Made by a program: the position numbers and the translations under genes. The notes below the pieces were generated by a model that searched no databases, was not told the origin of the DNA, and saw only the letters and a program-made list of their open reading frames with translations. A stretch of DNA of 64,000 nucleotides from an uncultured Pseudomonadota bacterium. GTDB lineage: Bacteria; Myxococcota_A; Polyangia; Fen-1088. The DNA is taken from positions 320,001 to 384,000 of the forward strand of contig CAWKBC010000032.1 of assembly GCA_963847705.1 (NCBI GenBank), read 5' to 3'. Within the stretch, counting starts at the first letter, position 1, and each line of letters opens with the position of its first letter. Below, in pieces: positions 46,338-54,655 of the stretch.

Positions 46338-47366
46338 ATGTCCGACTCCACGACGACGACCGCTTCCGGCAGCCCCACGCGCGGCCAGGATCCCTGGCCG
46401 CGGCTCGACATCGGCGGCGGCGCCGAGACCAGCCAGTCGCTGCTCTTCTGGGGACAGATCCTGGGGAAGACGCGCCTGGCGCTCTCCCCGATGGTCAACC
46501 ACTGGTGGCAGGTCTCGCTGCGGCTGACGGCCCGGGGCCTGACCACCACCGCGATGCCGGTCGACCAGCGCCTCCTGGACGTCGAGCTCGATCTCATCGA
46601 CCACCGCCTGGTCGCACGGACCAGCGACGGAGGCATCGAGTCGATGAGCCTCTGCGACCAGCCGCTCGCGACCTTCTACGCCGACTACATGCGGCTCCTC
46701 GGGAAGCTCGGCGTGCGGGTGGAGATCTCGCCCATGGCCGTGGAGATCCCCGACCGCGTGTTGCTCGATCGGGACGCGCGCCTCTGTCGTTACGACGGCG
46801 ACTGGGCGAACCGATTTTTCCGCGCGCTTCTCCAGGCCGATCGGCTGCTCAAGCAGTTTCGCGGGCGATTTCAGGGCAAGGCCAGCCCGGTCCACTTCTT
46901 CTGGGGGGCGGGCGATCTGGCGGCGACGCGCTTTTCGGGGCGCCCGGCTCCGCTGCACCCCGGCGGGATCCCCCACGTCAGCGACGCGGTGATGCAGGAG
47001 GCGTACTCGCAAGAGGTGAGCAGCGCCGGCTTCTGGGCGGGAGACGCCCGGTTTCCCGAGGCGGCGTTCTACGCCTACGCCTACCCGGCCCCCGCCGGCT
47101 TCGCCGAGGCGGCCGTTCAGCCCGCCGCCGCCCGCTTCGAGCCGGCGCTGGGCGAGTTCGTGCTCCCCTACGCCGCGGTCCGCAGCGCGCCCGATCCCTC
47201 GGCGGCGGTCCTGGCCTTCTTGCAAAGCACCTACGAGGCTGCCGCGGAGCTCGGGAAGTGGGAGCGTGCGCGGCTCGAACGAAACGACGGAACCATCCAG
47301 GCGAACGCGGTAAACCAGAACGCCCGCCCGTCGCCCGGCGCGGCCCAACCACCAACGAGGTCATGA
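46338..47366 (+). CDS. DUF5996 family protein
   Basis: NHWW, GK.SPVHFFWG..DLA.TRFSGR, EAYS.EVSS.GFW, YAYAYP.P. Confidence 0.85.
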   Translation: MSDSTTTTASGSPTRGQDPWPRLDIGGGAETSQSLLFWGQILGKTRLALSPMVNHWWQVSLRLTARGLTTTAMPVDQRLLDVELDLIDHRLVARTSDGGIESMSLCDQPLATFYADYMRLLGKLGVRVEISPMAVEIPDRVLLDRDARLCRYDGDWANRFFRALLQADRLLKQFRGRFQGKASPVHFFWGAGDLAATRFSGRPAPLHPGGIPHVSDAVMQEAYSQEVSSAGFWAGDARFPEAAFYAYAYPAPAGFAEAAVQPAAARFEPALGEFVLPYAAVRSAPDPSAAVLAFLQSTYEAAAELGKWERARLERNDGTIQANAVNQNARPSPGAAQPPTRS

Positions 47367-47367
47367 G

Positions 47368-47697
47368 ATGCCCGATTCCTGCGAACACCTGGACCAAGCG
47401 TCGAAGCGCACCGCCGGCGCCAAGCCGAGCGGCCACGGCTGCAAGGAGTGCCTCGCCACCGGGGGCGTCTGGGTCCATCTGCGGCTCTGCCTCACCTGCG
47501 GCCACGTCGGCTGCTGCGACAACTCGCCGCACCGCCACGCGACCAAGCACTTCCACCAGACGCAGCACCCGGTGATCCGCTCGTACGAGCCCGGCGAAGA
47601 GTGGGGCTACTGCTATCCGCACGACCTGTTCGTCGAGGAGCTCCCCGCCCGCCCGGGCGAGCGCGCCGCCCGCCACTACGACCCGCCGGGCGAGTAG
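47368..47697 (+). CDS. stand-alone UBP-type zinc finger protein
   Basis: C.H...C..C...WVHLRLCLTCGHVGCCD.S...HA..H....HP. Confidence 0.92.
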   Translation: MPDSCEHLDQASKRTAGAKPSGHGCKECLATGGVWVHLRLCLTCGHVGCCDNSPHRHATKHFHQTQHPVIRSYEPGEEWGYCYPHDLFVEELPARPGERAARHYDPPGE

Positions 47698-47782
47698 GGC
47701 CTGGGGCGCCTTCAGCGCCACGTCGTCGGGCCACGCTGTCGTTCGCTGCGCTCACCGTCGCCCGGCGGCGACGCCCTCCTGA

Positions 47783-48874
47783 CTAGCGCTCCCAGGGGAG
47801 GCTGGGGGGCGGCGTTCCCGGCTTGGGCGGCGCGGCGACGAAGACGACCGTCTTCATCTGGCGGGCGCGCAGCTCGGCGAGCAGGTGCGGCAGAACGATC
47901 ACCGTCTGCTCGTGGATGTCGTGGAAGAGGATGATCCCGTGCTGGGCGCGATCGAGCTCGGCGAGGACGTTCAGGAACAGCGCGTGGGGATCGCGAATCT
48001 TCCAGTCCTGCGAGTCCATGTTCCAGAAGACCGTGGTGTTGCCGTGCTTCTGAACGAAGTTCTGCTCCTGCGGCGTCTTGGCCCCGTACGGAAAGCGAAA
48101 GAACGGCAGCTCGCCCGGCTTCAGCCCCAGCGCCGCCGAGACGCTGGCGTCGCCTGATTCCATCTCCACCTCGGCGTGCGGCTCGGCGAGGCGCGACATG
48201 TTGGGATGGCTGAAGGTGTGCGACCCGATGGTGTGGCCGCCCGCCAGCACCCGCCGCGCGATCTCCGGGTGGGCCGCCGCGTTTCGGCCGATCTCGAAGA
48301 ACGTCGCCTTGATCCCGGCGTCGGCCAGGATCTGCAGGACGCGCGGCGTGCGGGTGACGTGCGGGCCGTCGTCGAAGGTGAGCGCGATCTGGCCCGCCGG
48401 CAGATCGCCGTCGTGGAGGATCCCGTCCCGGCTGGTGTCGACCACGACGGCGACGCTCGGCAACGTCGCCACGGCGCCGAGGGGGTGCGCCAGCGCGAGC
48501 CGCTTCTCCGCACCCTTCCAGTAAGCAGCTGTGCGCAGCAGCAGCGCCGGCGCGCAGGGGAGATGCCTGGCGTGCTCGGGCTTGCGGATCTCGTCCTCGA
48601 ACAGCTCCAGCTCGTCGTCGGGGAGCAGCGTCAACTCCTGACAGAGCTCCGCCCAGCCTCGATCACTCTCCAGAAGGTGAACCCGCTCGACGATCTGGGA
48701 CGGTTGAAACGGAGACTGCTGGTAATCGTCCAGCGTCGGGTGGACCGCGAGCTCTGGCTTGGCGCGACGCACCTGCTGCCGGAGCGTCCCCAGCGGGGCG
48801 CCGGGCGTGGGAGGGAGAGGGCCGGCGGCCAGCAGGGCCCCGCTGAGCGCCAACGGAACGAGTCGGGTGAACAT
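47783..48874 (-). CDS. polysaccharide deacetylase (CE4/NodB)
   Basis: LTFDDGP, HTFSH, FRFPYG, DW, LFHD; signal peptide. Confidence 0.92.
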   Translation of the reverse strand: MFTRLVPLALSGALLAAGPLPPTPGAPLGTLRQQVRRAKPELAVHPTLDDYQQSPFQPSQIVERVHLLESDRGWAELCQELTLLPDDELELFEDEIRKPEHARHLPCAPALLLRTAAYWKGAEKRLALAHPLGAVATLPSVAVVVDTSRDGILHDGDLPAGQIALTFDDGPHVTRTPRVLQILADAGIKATFFEIGRNAAAHPEIARRVLAGGHTIGSHTFSHPNMSRLAEPHAEVEMESGDASVSAALGLKPGELPFFRFPYGAKTPQEQNFVQKHGNTTVFWNMDSQDWKIRDPHALFLNVLAELDRAQHGIILFHDIHEQTVIVLPHLLAELRARQMKTVVFVAAPPKPGTPPPSLPWER

Positions 48875-48927
48875 CTCCCGCTATCGTAAGCGATCGGCGT
48901 CGCCGATCGACGAGCGGCCGGTCGGTG

Positions 48928-49464
48928 TCAGCCCGGACGCGGCCGGAGCGGACCAGGGGCTTCGCACAACGGGCAGCGGTCCGTCGGAGCGGCCACGGTC
49001 TTCCGGCAGGCACGGCACTCGGCGCGGACGCCGTGAAAGCCGTCGTCGTGCGGCTCGGTCGAGCTGCGCGCCCTGTCGGCGCGCTTTCCTTCGTAGGAGA
49101 CGCGGGCGGGTAGAAACGCCAGGTAGCGGAGCTCCTCGCAGCCGCAGTCCGGGTCGGCGCAGGCCGCCGGGACGGGCCATTGATTCGGTCTGGCCAGCGC
49201 GCGGGCCAGGCCGCCGGGCGCATGGCAGCGCGGGCAGAGGTCGCTGCCGAAGAGCCGGCGCCGGCACCCGGCGCAGGTGACGGCGTAGACGCCGTCCACG
49301 AACTTTTCGCCGTCGTAGGCCCAGCTCACGCGCCCGACCGGCTCGCCGCCCAGGAAGGTAATCACGCCGTCGACGTAGGTCTCGAAGATCAGCGTCGTGC
49401 CGCCGCAGCCGCCGCAGCCGGCGGCGATCAGCCGCTCGAGCGCCGTTTCGTCGAGCTCACCCAT
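48928..49464 (-). CDS. multi-CxxC hypothetical protein
   Basis: Six Cys pairs in two internally repeated halves. Confidence 0.7.
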   Translation of the reverse strand: MGELDETALERLIAAGCGGCGGTTLIFETYVDGVITFLGGEPVGRVSWAYDGEKFVDGVYAVTCAGCRRRLFGSDLCPRCHAPGGLARALARPNQWPVPAACADPDCGCEELRYLAFLPARVSYEGKRADRARSSTEPHDDGFHGVRAECRACRKTVAAPTDRCPLCEAPGPLRPRPG

Positions 49465-49559
49465 CGGTCGACCCTACCGGATCTGCGCGCGCCGTGGGGC
49501 CCCGAATCAGGTTTCTCCCGGCTTGCCCGCCGCCGATCGCGGACACACAGCCGAGAGAG

Positions 49560-49901
49560 GTGATCGACGATCCGCGCATGCTGCAGGCCAACGAGCGGAC
49601 GCTGCTCGCCTGGCTGCGCACCGGCGTCTCGCTGATCACCTTCGGCTTCGTGATCTCCAGGACCAGCCTCTGGTTGAGAAGGAGCGAGCCGCGGTGGACG
49701 GCCCTCGGCGGCGACCTGATCGGCGCGGCGTTCGTCCTCCTGGGCGCGATCACCGAGGCGATCGGCGTCATCCGCTACCTGCGCATCCGCCGGGCCCTGC
49801 TGGCCGGCCAGCCGATCCCCGTCGGGGCGATGGAGATCGTAGCGATCGGCGTGGCCGTGGCGCTGTTCGGTGTCGTCCTCTGCGTCTACGCGCTGCTGTG
49901 A
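49560..49901 (+). CDS. DUF202/YidH family membrane protein
   Basis: ANERTLLAWLRTG signature, 3 TM. Confidence 0.9.
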   Translation: MIDDPRMLQANERTLLAWLRTGVSLITFGFVISRTSLWLRRSEPRWTALGGDLIGAAFVLLGAITEAIGVIRYLRIRRALLAGQPIPVGAMEIVAIGVAVALFGVVLCVYALL

Positions 49902-50842
49902 GCCTGCGCGGCGCTGGTCCACCCGGGCGGGACGATGACGAGATTGGCCGGGGCCTGGCCGCGGGCGAAGAGGCCGATCTGCTGCGCCGCCACCGCCCAG
50001 GCCCGAGCCCAGGCGCCCTCCGTGTTCCCCCCGACGTGCGGCGTGATCGTCACGCCGGGCGACGTCCACAAGGGATGACTCGCCGGCAGCGGCTCGGGGT
50101 CGGTCACGTCGAGGATGGCGCGGAGGCGGCCGGCCTGCGTCTCCCGGAGCAGGTCGTCGGTGACCACCAGGGACCCGCGCCCCGGGTTCACCAAAACGGC
50201 GCCGTCCTTCAGGCTGTTCAGGAACCTGGCGTCGACCAGCCCGCGCGTCTCCGGCGTCACCGGCAGCACGAGGACCACCACATCCTGCCCGGAGGCGGCG
50301 GAGCGAAAGTCGTCCATGGTGACCACGCCGTCGCGGCGTCGGCGCCCGACCAGCATGAGCCGACAGCCGAAGGGGGCAAGCATTCGCTGGATATTCGTCC
50401 CGATGTCCCCGGCCCCCAGAATCGCGACGCGTTTGCCCTCCAGCGACGCGGTCTCGTGATGGTCCCATCTCCGCTCGCGCTGCGCGGTCGCGAACCGGGT
50501 GAGCTCGCGGCAGTGCGCGAGCAGGACTGCGGCCGTCCACTCGGCGGTCGACCGCCCGTGCGCGCCCCGCGCGTTCGACAGCGCCACCCCGGGCGGCAGG
50601 TGACCGACCCACTGCTCGAAGCCGGCGTTGAGCGTCTGCAGCAGCCGCAACCGCGGAAGTGCGCGCATGTAGGCGACCTCCGGCTCGATCTCCAAAACAC
50701 CGGTCACCATCACCGTGGCTCGTTGCTGCTCCGCCGTCGGCTTTTGTCGCGCGTCATACCGGAGCGCGACAAGATCGGGCGCGCCGGACAGCGCTTGAAG
50801 GCCCTGCTCGTCGGGAACGAGAACGAACGCGGTTCGACTCAC
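49886..50842 (-). CDS. D-2-hydroxyacid dehydrogenase family protein
   Basis: GAGDIG, N.GRG, LDVTDPEPLP, TPHVGG; GTG start overlaps the upstream stop. Confidence 0.9.
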   Translation of the reverse strand: MSRTAFVLVPDEQGLQALSGAPDLVALRYDARQKPTAEQQRATVMVTGVLEIEPEVAYMRALPRLRLLQTLNAGFEQWVGHLPPGVALSNARGAHGRSTAEWTAAVLLAHCRELTRFATAQRERRWDHHETASLEGKRVAILGAGDIGTNIQRMLAPFGCRLMLVGRRRRDGVVTMDDFRSAASGQDVVVLVLPVTPETRGLVDARFLNSLKDGAVLVNPGRGSLVVTDDLLRETQAGRLRAILDVTDPEPLPASHPLWTSPGVTITPHVGGNTEGAWARAWAVAAQQIGLFARGQAPANLVIVPPGWTSAAQAHSSA

Positions 50843-51261
50843 AAGACCTCTTCGATCAGGTGAACCGGCCCATCGGCGCGAATCTCGCCCACGCCCAGGG
50901 CGAGCAGCCGATTCAGGAAGGCGTACCTGGGGTCGGCGGTCTCGAAGCGCGGCAGGGTGCGGAAGTACGGACCTCCCGGCGCCGCGTCGTACCGCATCCC
51001 CTCGAACGTCATGTGAATGAGGGCGCCGTCGTCGGTCTCCAGCGTGACGCGCAGGTCGAGCTCGATCACGCCGTCGGAGCGGACCACCCCCCAATCGTCA
51101 CCTCCCGCCAGCACCTTGCCGCGCAGCCGATCGCCCTCGAAGCTCCCGCCGATGATGGGAAAGGTGATCCGCTTGCCGTGAGGTCCGGCGCCGATCTCCT
51201 GGGTGGGCGCCGTGCTCAGCCGAAGGGTCATCAGCGGACGCGATCGCACGGCGCCGCTCAC
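50839..51261 (-). CDS. DUF3237 family protein
   Basis: GG.FEG.RLRG.V..GG.DW, LETDDGALI, PRFET, Y.FLN. Confidence 0.88.
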   Translation of the reverse strand: MSGAVRSRPLMTLRLSTAPTQEIGAGPHGKRITFPIIGGSFEGDRLRGKVLAGGDDWGVVRSDGVIELDLRVTLETDDGALIHMTFEGMRYDAAPGGPYFRTLPRFETADPRYAFLNRLLALGVGEIRADGPVHLIEEVL

Positions 51262-51707
51262 AGGATCTCCTCGATGGTGTAGATCGGGCCGGCGGGGCGC
51301 CGATCGCCGGTCGAAACGGCGAGGAGGCGGTTCAAGAAGACGTACTTCGGGTGGGCGGTCTCGAACCGGGGCGTGGTCCGGAAGTAGTAGGTCGCGGGGT
51401 CGACGGTCTCACCGCGCCCGAGCGCCGCGAGCACCTCGGGTGGCCCATGCCGGAGGCCGAACGATGCCAGGTGGATGAGGGCGCCGTCGTCGGTCTCCAG
51501 CGTGACGCGCAGGTCGAGCTCGAGGACGCCGTCCCCCCGCAGAAGCGTCCAGTCACCGCCCCCGGGCAGCACCTTGCCCCGCAGCCGCGGGCCCTCGAAG
51601 TGGCCGCCGGCGATCGGCGCGGTGACACGCGTCCCGTGCGGCACCGCGCCAATCTTCTGCGGGCCCGCGACCACAACCTCCAAGGTCATCAACAAACGCG
51701 ACTGCAT
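51258..51707 (-). CDS. DUF3237 family protein (tandem paralog)
   Basis: Same motifs plus YYFRTTPRFET; AGGAG RBS. Confidence 0.9.
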   Translation of the reverse strand: MQSRLLMTLEVVVAGPQKIGAVPHGTRVTAPIAGGHFEGPRLRGKVLPGGGDWTLLRGDGVLELDLRVTLETDDGALIHLASFGLRHGPPEVLAALGRGETVDPATYYFRTTPRFETAHPKYVFLNRLLAVSTGDRRPAGPIYTIEEIL

Positions 51708-51833
51708 CGCCCACGCTCCTGGTTGTTGTCCTCGGACTCTACTGCGCCGATCGCCTCGGTGCTCATCTGGGGCCGCGCCTTCCTTCGGTCAACCCGTTCG
51801 CCCGATGAGAACGGATGGAATACGCTCACGCCC

Positions 51834-52610
51834 GTGCCCCCGCCCCTGCCCCAGATCGACAGCTACGAGAGCATCATCGCCCGCCATTACGACGAGCTCT
51901 ACGCAGTCATGCGCAACCCCTCGGGCGATATCGCCTTCTACGGCGCGCTGGCGCGCGCCTCGGGTGGGCCCGTCCTCGAGCTCGGGTGCGGGACCGGACG
52001 CACGCTGTTGCCGATCGCCCAGGCCGGCATCGACTGCGTGGGGGTCGACGCCTCACCGGCGATGCTGGCGGTCCTGCGCCACAAGTCGACCCCTCCGAGT
52101 CTCCAGCTCGTCGAGGCCCGCATGGAACGCCTGGAGCTGCCGGAGCGGCGCTTTCGGTTGGTGACCTGCCCTTTTCGGGCCTTCTCGCATCTCCTGGACG
52201 TGGAGACCCAGCTCGCCGCCCTGGCCGCCGTGCGCCGCCATCTGGAGCCGGGCGGAACCTTCGCCCTCGACGTCTTCGACCCCAAGCTGGCGCACATCAC
52301 GCGCCTCGAGGAGCCGGAGCATCTGGCGGCCACCTTTCACGACGCCGGCCGCGAGGTTCAGCGCTGGGACACGGTGAGGCGTGACCCGTCGCGCCAGATC
52401 ATGACGATCGCCTTTCGTTTCGCCTCCGCGGCACCCGAGCTCTGCGGCGTCGGCGAGATCCAGCTGCGCTGGTTTCATCGCTTCGAGCTGGAGCACCTCC
52501 TGGCGCGCGCCGGGTTCGGCGACCTCCAGTTCTTCGGCGGGTTCGACCGGCGGCCCTGGGCGGCGGGCGGCGAAACAGTTGCGCTGGCGCGCAACGCAAC
52601 TGCGCTCTGA
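51834..52610 (+). CDS. class I SAM-dependent methyltransferase
   Basis: VLELGCGTGR, GVDAS..ML, HLEPGG; start uncertain. Confidence 0.88.
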   Translation: MPPPLPQIDSYESIIARHYDELYAVMRNPSGDIAFYGALARASGGPVLELGCGTGRTLLPIAQAGIDCVGVDASPAMLAVLRHKSTPPSLQLVEARMERLELPERRFRLVTCPFRAFSHLLDVETQLAALAAVRRHLEPGGTFALDVFDPKLAHITRLEEPEHLAATFHDAGREVQRWDTVRRDPSRQIMTIAFRFASAAPELCGVGEIQLRWFHRFELEHLLARAGFGDLQFFGGFDRRPWAAGGETVALARNATAL

Positions 52611-52661
52611 CAACCGACAGTCGACGATGCCCTTGGCCGGGCGCCACCCGCTTCGCGGACG

Positions 52662-54209
52662 CTACTTGACGCGGTCGTTGAGGATCGAGCGGAGGTGCTG
52701 GGTGTCGAAAGGCTTTTCGATGCGCTGGTTGAGGACCCCATCCAGGAACGCCCGGGCCCCGGGCGTGAAGGCTCCGCCGGTCAAGAACACCATTTGCCTG
52801 GCCTGGTCGGGGACCTCTCGAAGCAGGTGGGCGTGAAGCTCCATCCCGGTCATCTGCGGCATCATGAGGTCGCAAAGGATGACGTCGTATCGATCGCCGG
52901 CGATGATCCGCTGGTGGGCGTCGGCGGCGGTCGCGGCGACCGTCACCTCGTGCTCGTGCTCCAGGACGCGCCCCAGGGCTCTGGCGACCGTCGGCTCGTC
53001 ATCGACGATGAGGACCCGGCCCCGGCGTGTCGAAGGCACGACGGTCGAGAGGCGAGGCTCGAGGGAGGCCTCCACCGGCGTGGCGGGGAGCAGCACCCGG
53101 AAGGCCGTCCCCTTGCCGACCTCACTCGTCACCTGGATCTCGCCGCCCAGCCCGGTCACGATCTTGTGGCAGATCGAGAGGCCGAGGCCGGTGCCGACGC
53201 CGATCGGCTTGGTGGTGAAGAAGGCGTCGAAGATGCGCGTCAGGTTCTCCGCCGGGATTCCCGAGCCCGAATCTCGCACCTCCACCGCGACCCGGCCCGA
53301 TGGCCGGTCGAGCTCCGTCGAGACGCGAATGAGGTTCTGTTCGGCGTTCCCCTCCGGGATGGCCTGGGCCGCGTTCACGATCAGGTTCAGGAAGACCTGC
53401 CCCAGACGGGCCTCGTTGCCGTCGACGTTCGGGACATCGGCATAGTCCTTGACCAGGCGCGCCCGGTGGCGAATCTCGTTCCAGGCCATCCGGAGCGACG
53501 ACTCGAGGACACGCTTCACGCTGACCGGCCCGCGGCGCTCTTCGCCGGTCGAGCGCGAGAAGATCTTCAGGTCGCGCACGATGTGCCGCAGGCGATCGGC
53601 GCTCTCGCGCGCGTCGCGGAGCTCGTCCAGGATCTCCAGCAGCCGATCTCCGAGGTCGAGCTCCTCGGCCAGCCGGGCCAGGTCCTTGGTCATGAGCTCG
53701 AGGTTGGCGATCACGGCAGCGAGCGGGTTGTTGATCTCGTGGGCGACGCCGGCGGCGAGCGTTCCGACCGAGGCCATGCGGTCCGAGATCAGCAGCTGCT
53801 CCTGCATCTTGCGGCGTTCGGTCCGCATCGCCACCTCGCGCAGCTCGCGATCGATGGCCGGACACAGGCGGCCGAGGCTCCCCTTGAAGACGTAGTCGTT
53901 CGCGCCGCTCCGCATCGCGGCGACGGCCGCCTCTTCCCCGACGGTGCCCGAGACGATGATGAACGGAACGTCCAGCCCCTTGCCGCGCAGCAAGGCCAGC
54001 GCGGCGGGACCGCTGAACCGGGGCATCGCGAAGTCGGAGAGGACGATGTCCCAGCTCTCCCGCTCGAGCGCGGCGGACATCGCCAGGTCGGTCTCGACGC
54101 GCTCGTGAACGACGTCGTAGGCGCCGCGCCGCAGCTCCATCATGACCAGCTCCTCGTCGTCGGGTTGGTCCTCGACCAGGAGCACCCGCAACCGTCTCGG
54201 CTCGATCAC
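52662..54209 (-). CDS. hybrid kinase REC-HisKA-HATPase-REC
   Basis: [32 protein letters not shown]-terminal IVDD...CDLMMP. Confidence 0.92.
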   Translation of the reverse strand: MIEPRRLRVLLVEDQPDDEELVMMELRRGAYDVVHERVETDLAMSAALERESWDIVLSDFAMPRFSGPAALALLRGKGLDVPFIIVSGTVGEEAAVAAMRSGANDYVFKGSLGRLCPAIDRELREVAMRTERRKMQEQLLISDRMASVGTLAAGVAHEINNPLAAVIANLELMTKDLARLAEELDLGDRLLEILDELRDARESADRLRHIVRDLKIFSRSTGEERRGPVSVKRVLESSLRMAWNEIRHRARLVKDYADVPNVDGNEARLGQVFLNLIVNAAQAIPEGNAEQNLIRVSTELDRPSGRVAVEVRDSGSGIPAENLTRIFDAFFTTKPIGVGTGLGLSICHKIVTGLGGEIQVTSEVGKGTAFRVLLPATPVEASLEPRLSTVVPSTRRGRVLIVDDEPTVARALGRVLEHEHEVTVAATAADAHQRIIAGDRYDVILCDLMMPQMTGMELHAHLLREVPDQARQMVFLTGGAFTPGARAFLDGVLNQRIEKPFDTQHLRSILNDRVK

Positions 54210-54655
54210 CGCACCCTCGTCGGCGCCGGGAGGTTGAGCAAGGTCCAGTAGAGGCCGAGCTGGCGCGCGGCCGTCACGAACCGATCGTGGTCGACCGGCT
54301 TTTGGACATAGCTGTTGGCGCGGTTGGCGTAGGCGCCGAGCCGGTCCTTGTCGTCGCTCGAGGAGGTGAGGATCACCACCGGCAGATGGCGGGTGCGCTC
54401 GTCTCCTCGAATGGCGGCCAGCACCTCGATCCCTCCCAGGCGCGGCAGGTTGAGATCCAGCAGCACGACCGCTGGCAGCTCCTCGCCCGCGCGTCCGGCG
54501 TGCTTTCCGCGCGCCAGCAGGTAGTCGACCGCCTCGACCCCGTCGTCGATACGAATCAATGGATTGAGAACGTTGGCCTCCCGGAAGGCCATGAGCGTCA
54601 GCTCGGCGTCGTCGTCGTTGTCCTCGACCAGCAGGATGCTCTGCCCCGGGGTCAT
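54206..54655 (-). CDS. single-domain response regulator (Rcp1-like)
   Basis: [26 protein letters not shown]; start and stop overlap both neighbours. Confidence 0.92.
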   Translation of the reverse strand: MTPGQSILLVEDNDDDAELTLMAFREANVLNPLIRIDDGVEAVDYLLARGKHAGRAGEELPAVVLLDLNLPRLGGIEVLAAIRGDERTRHLPVVILTSSSDDKDRLGAYANRANSYVQKPVDHDRFVTAARQLGLYWTLLNLPAPTRVR

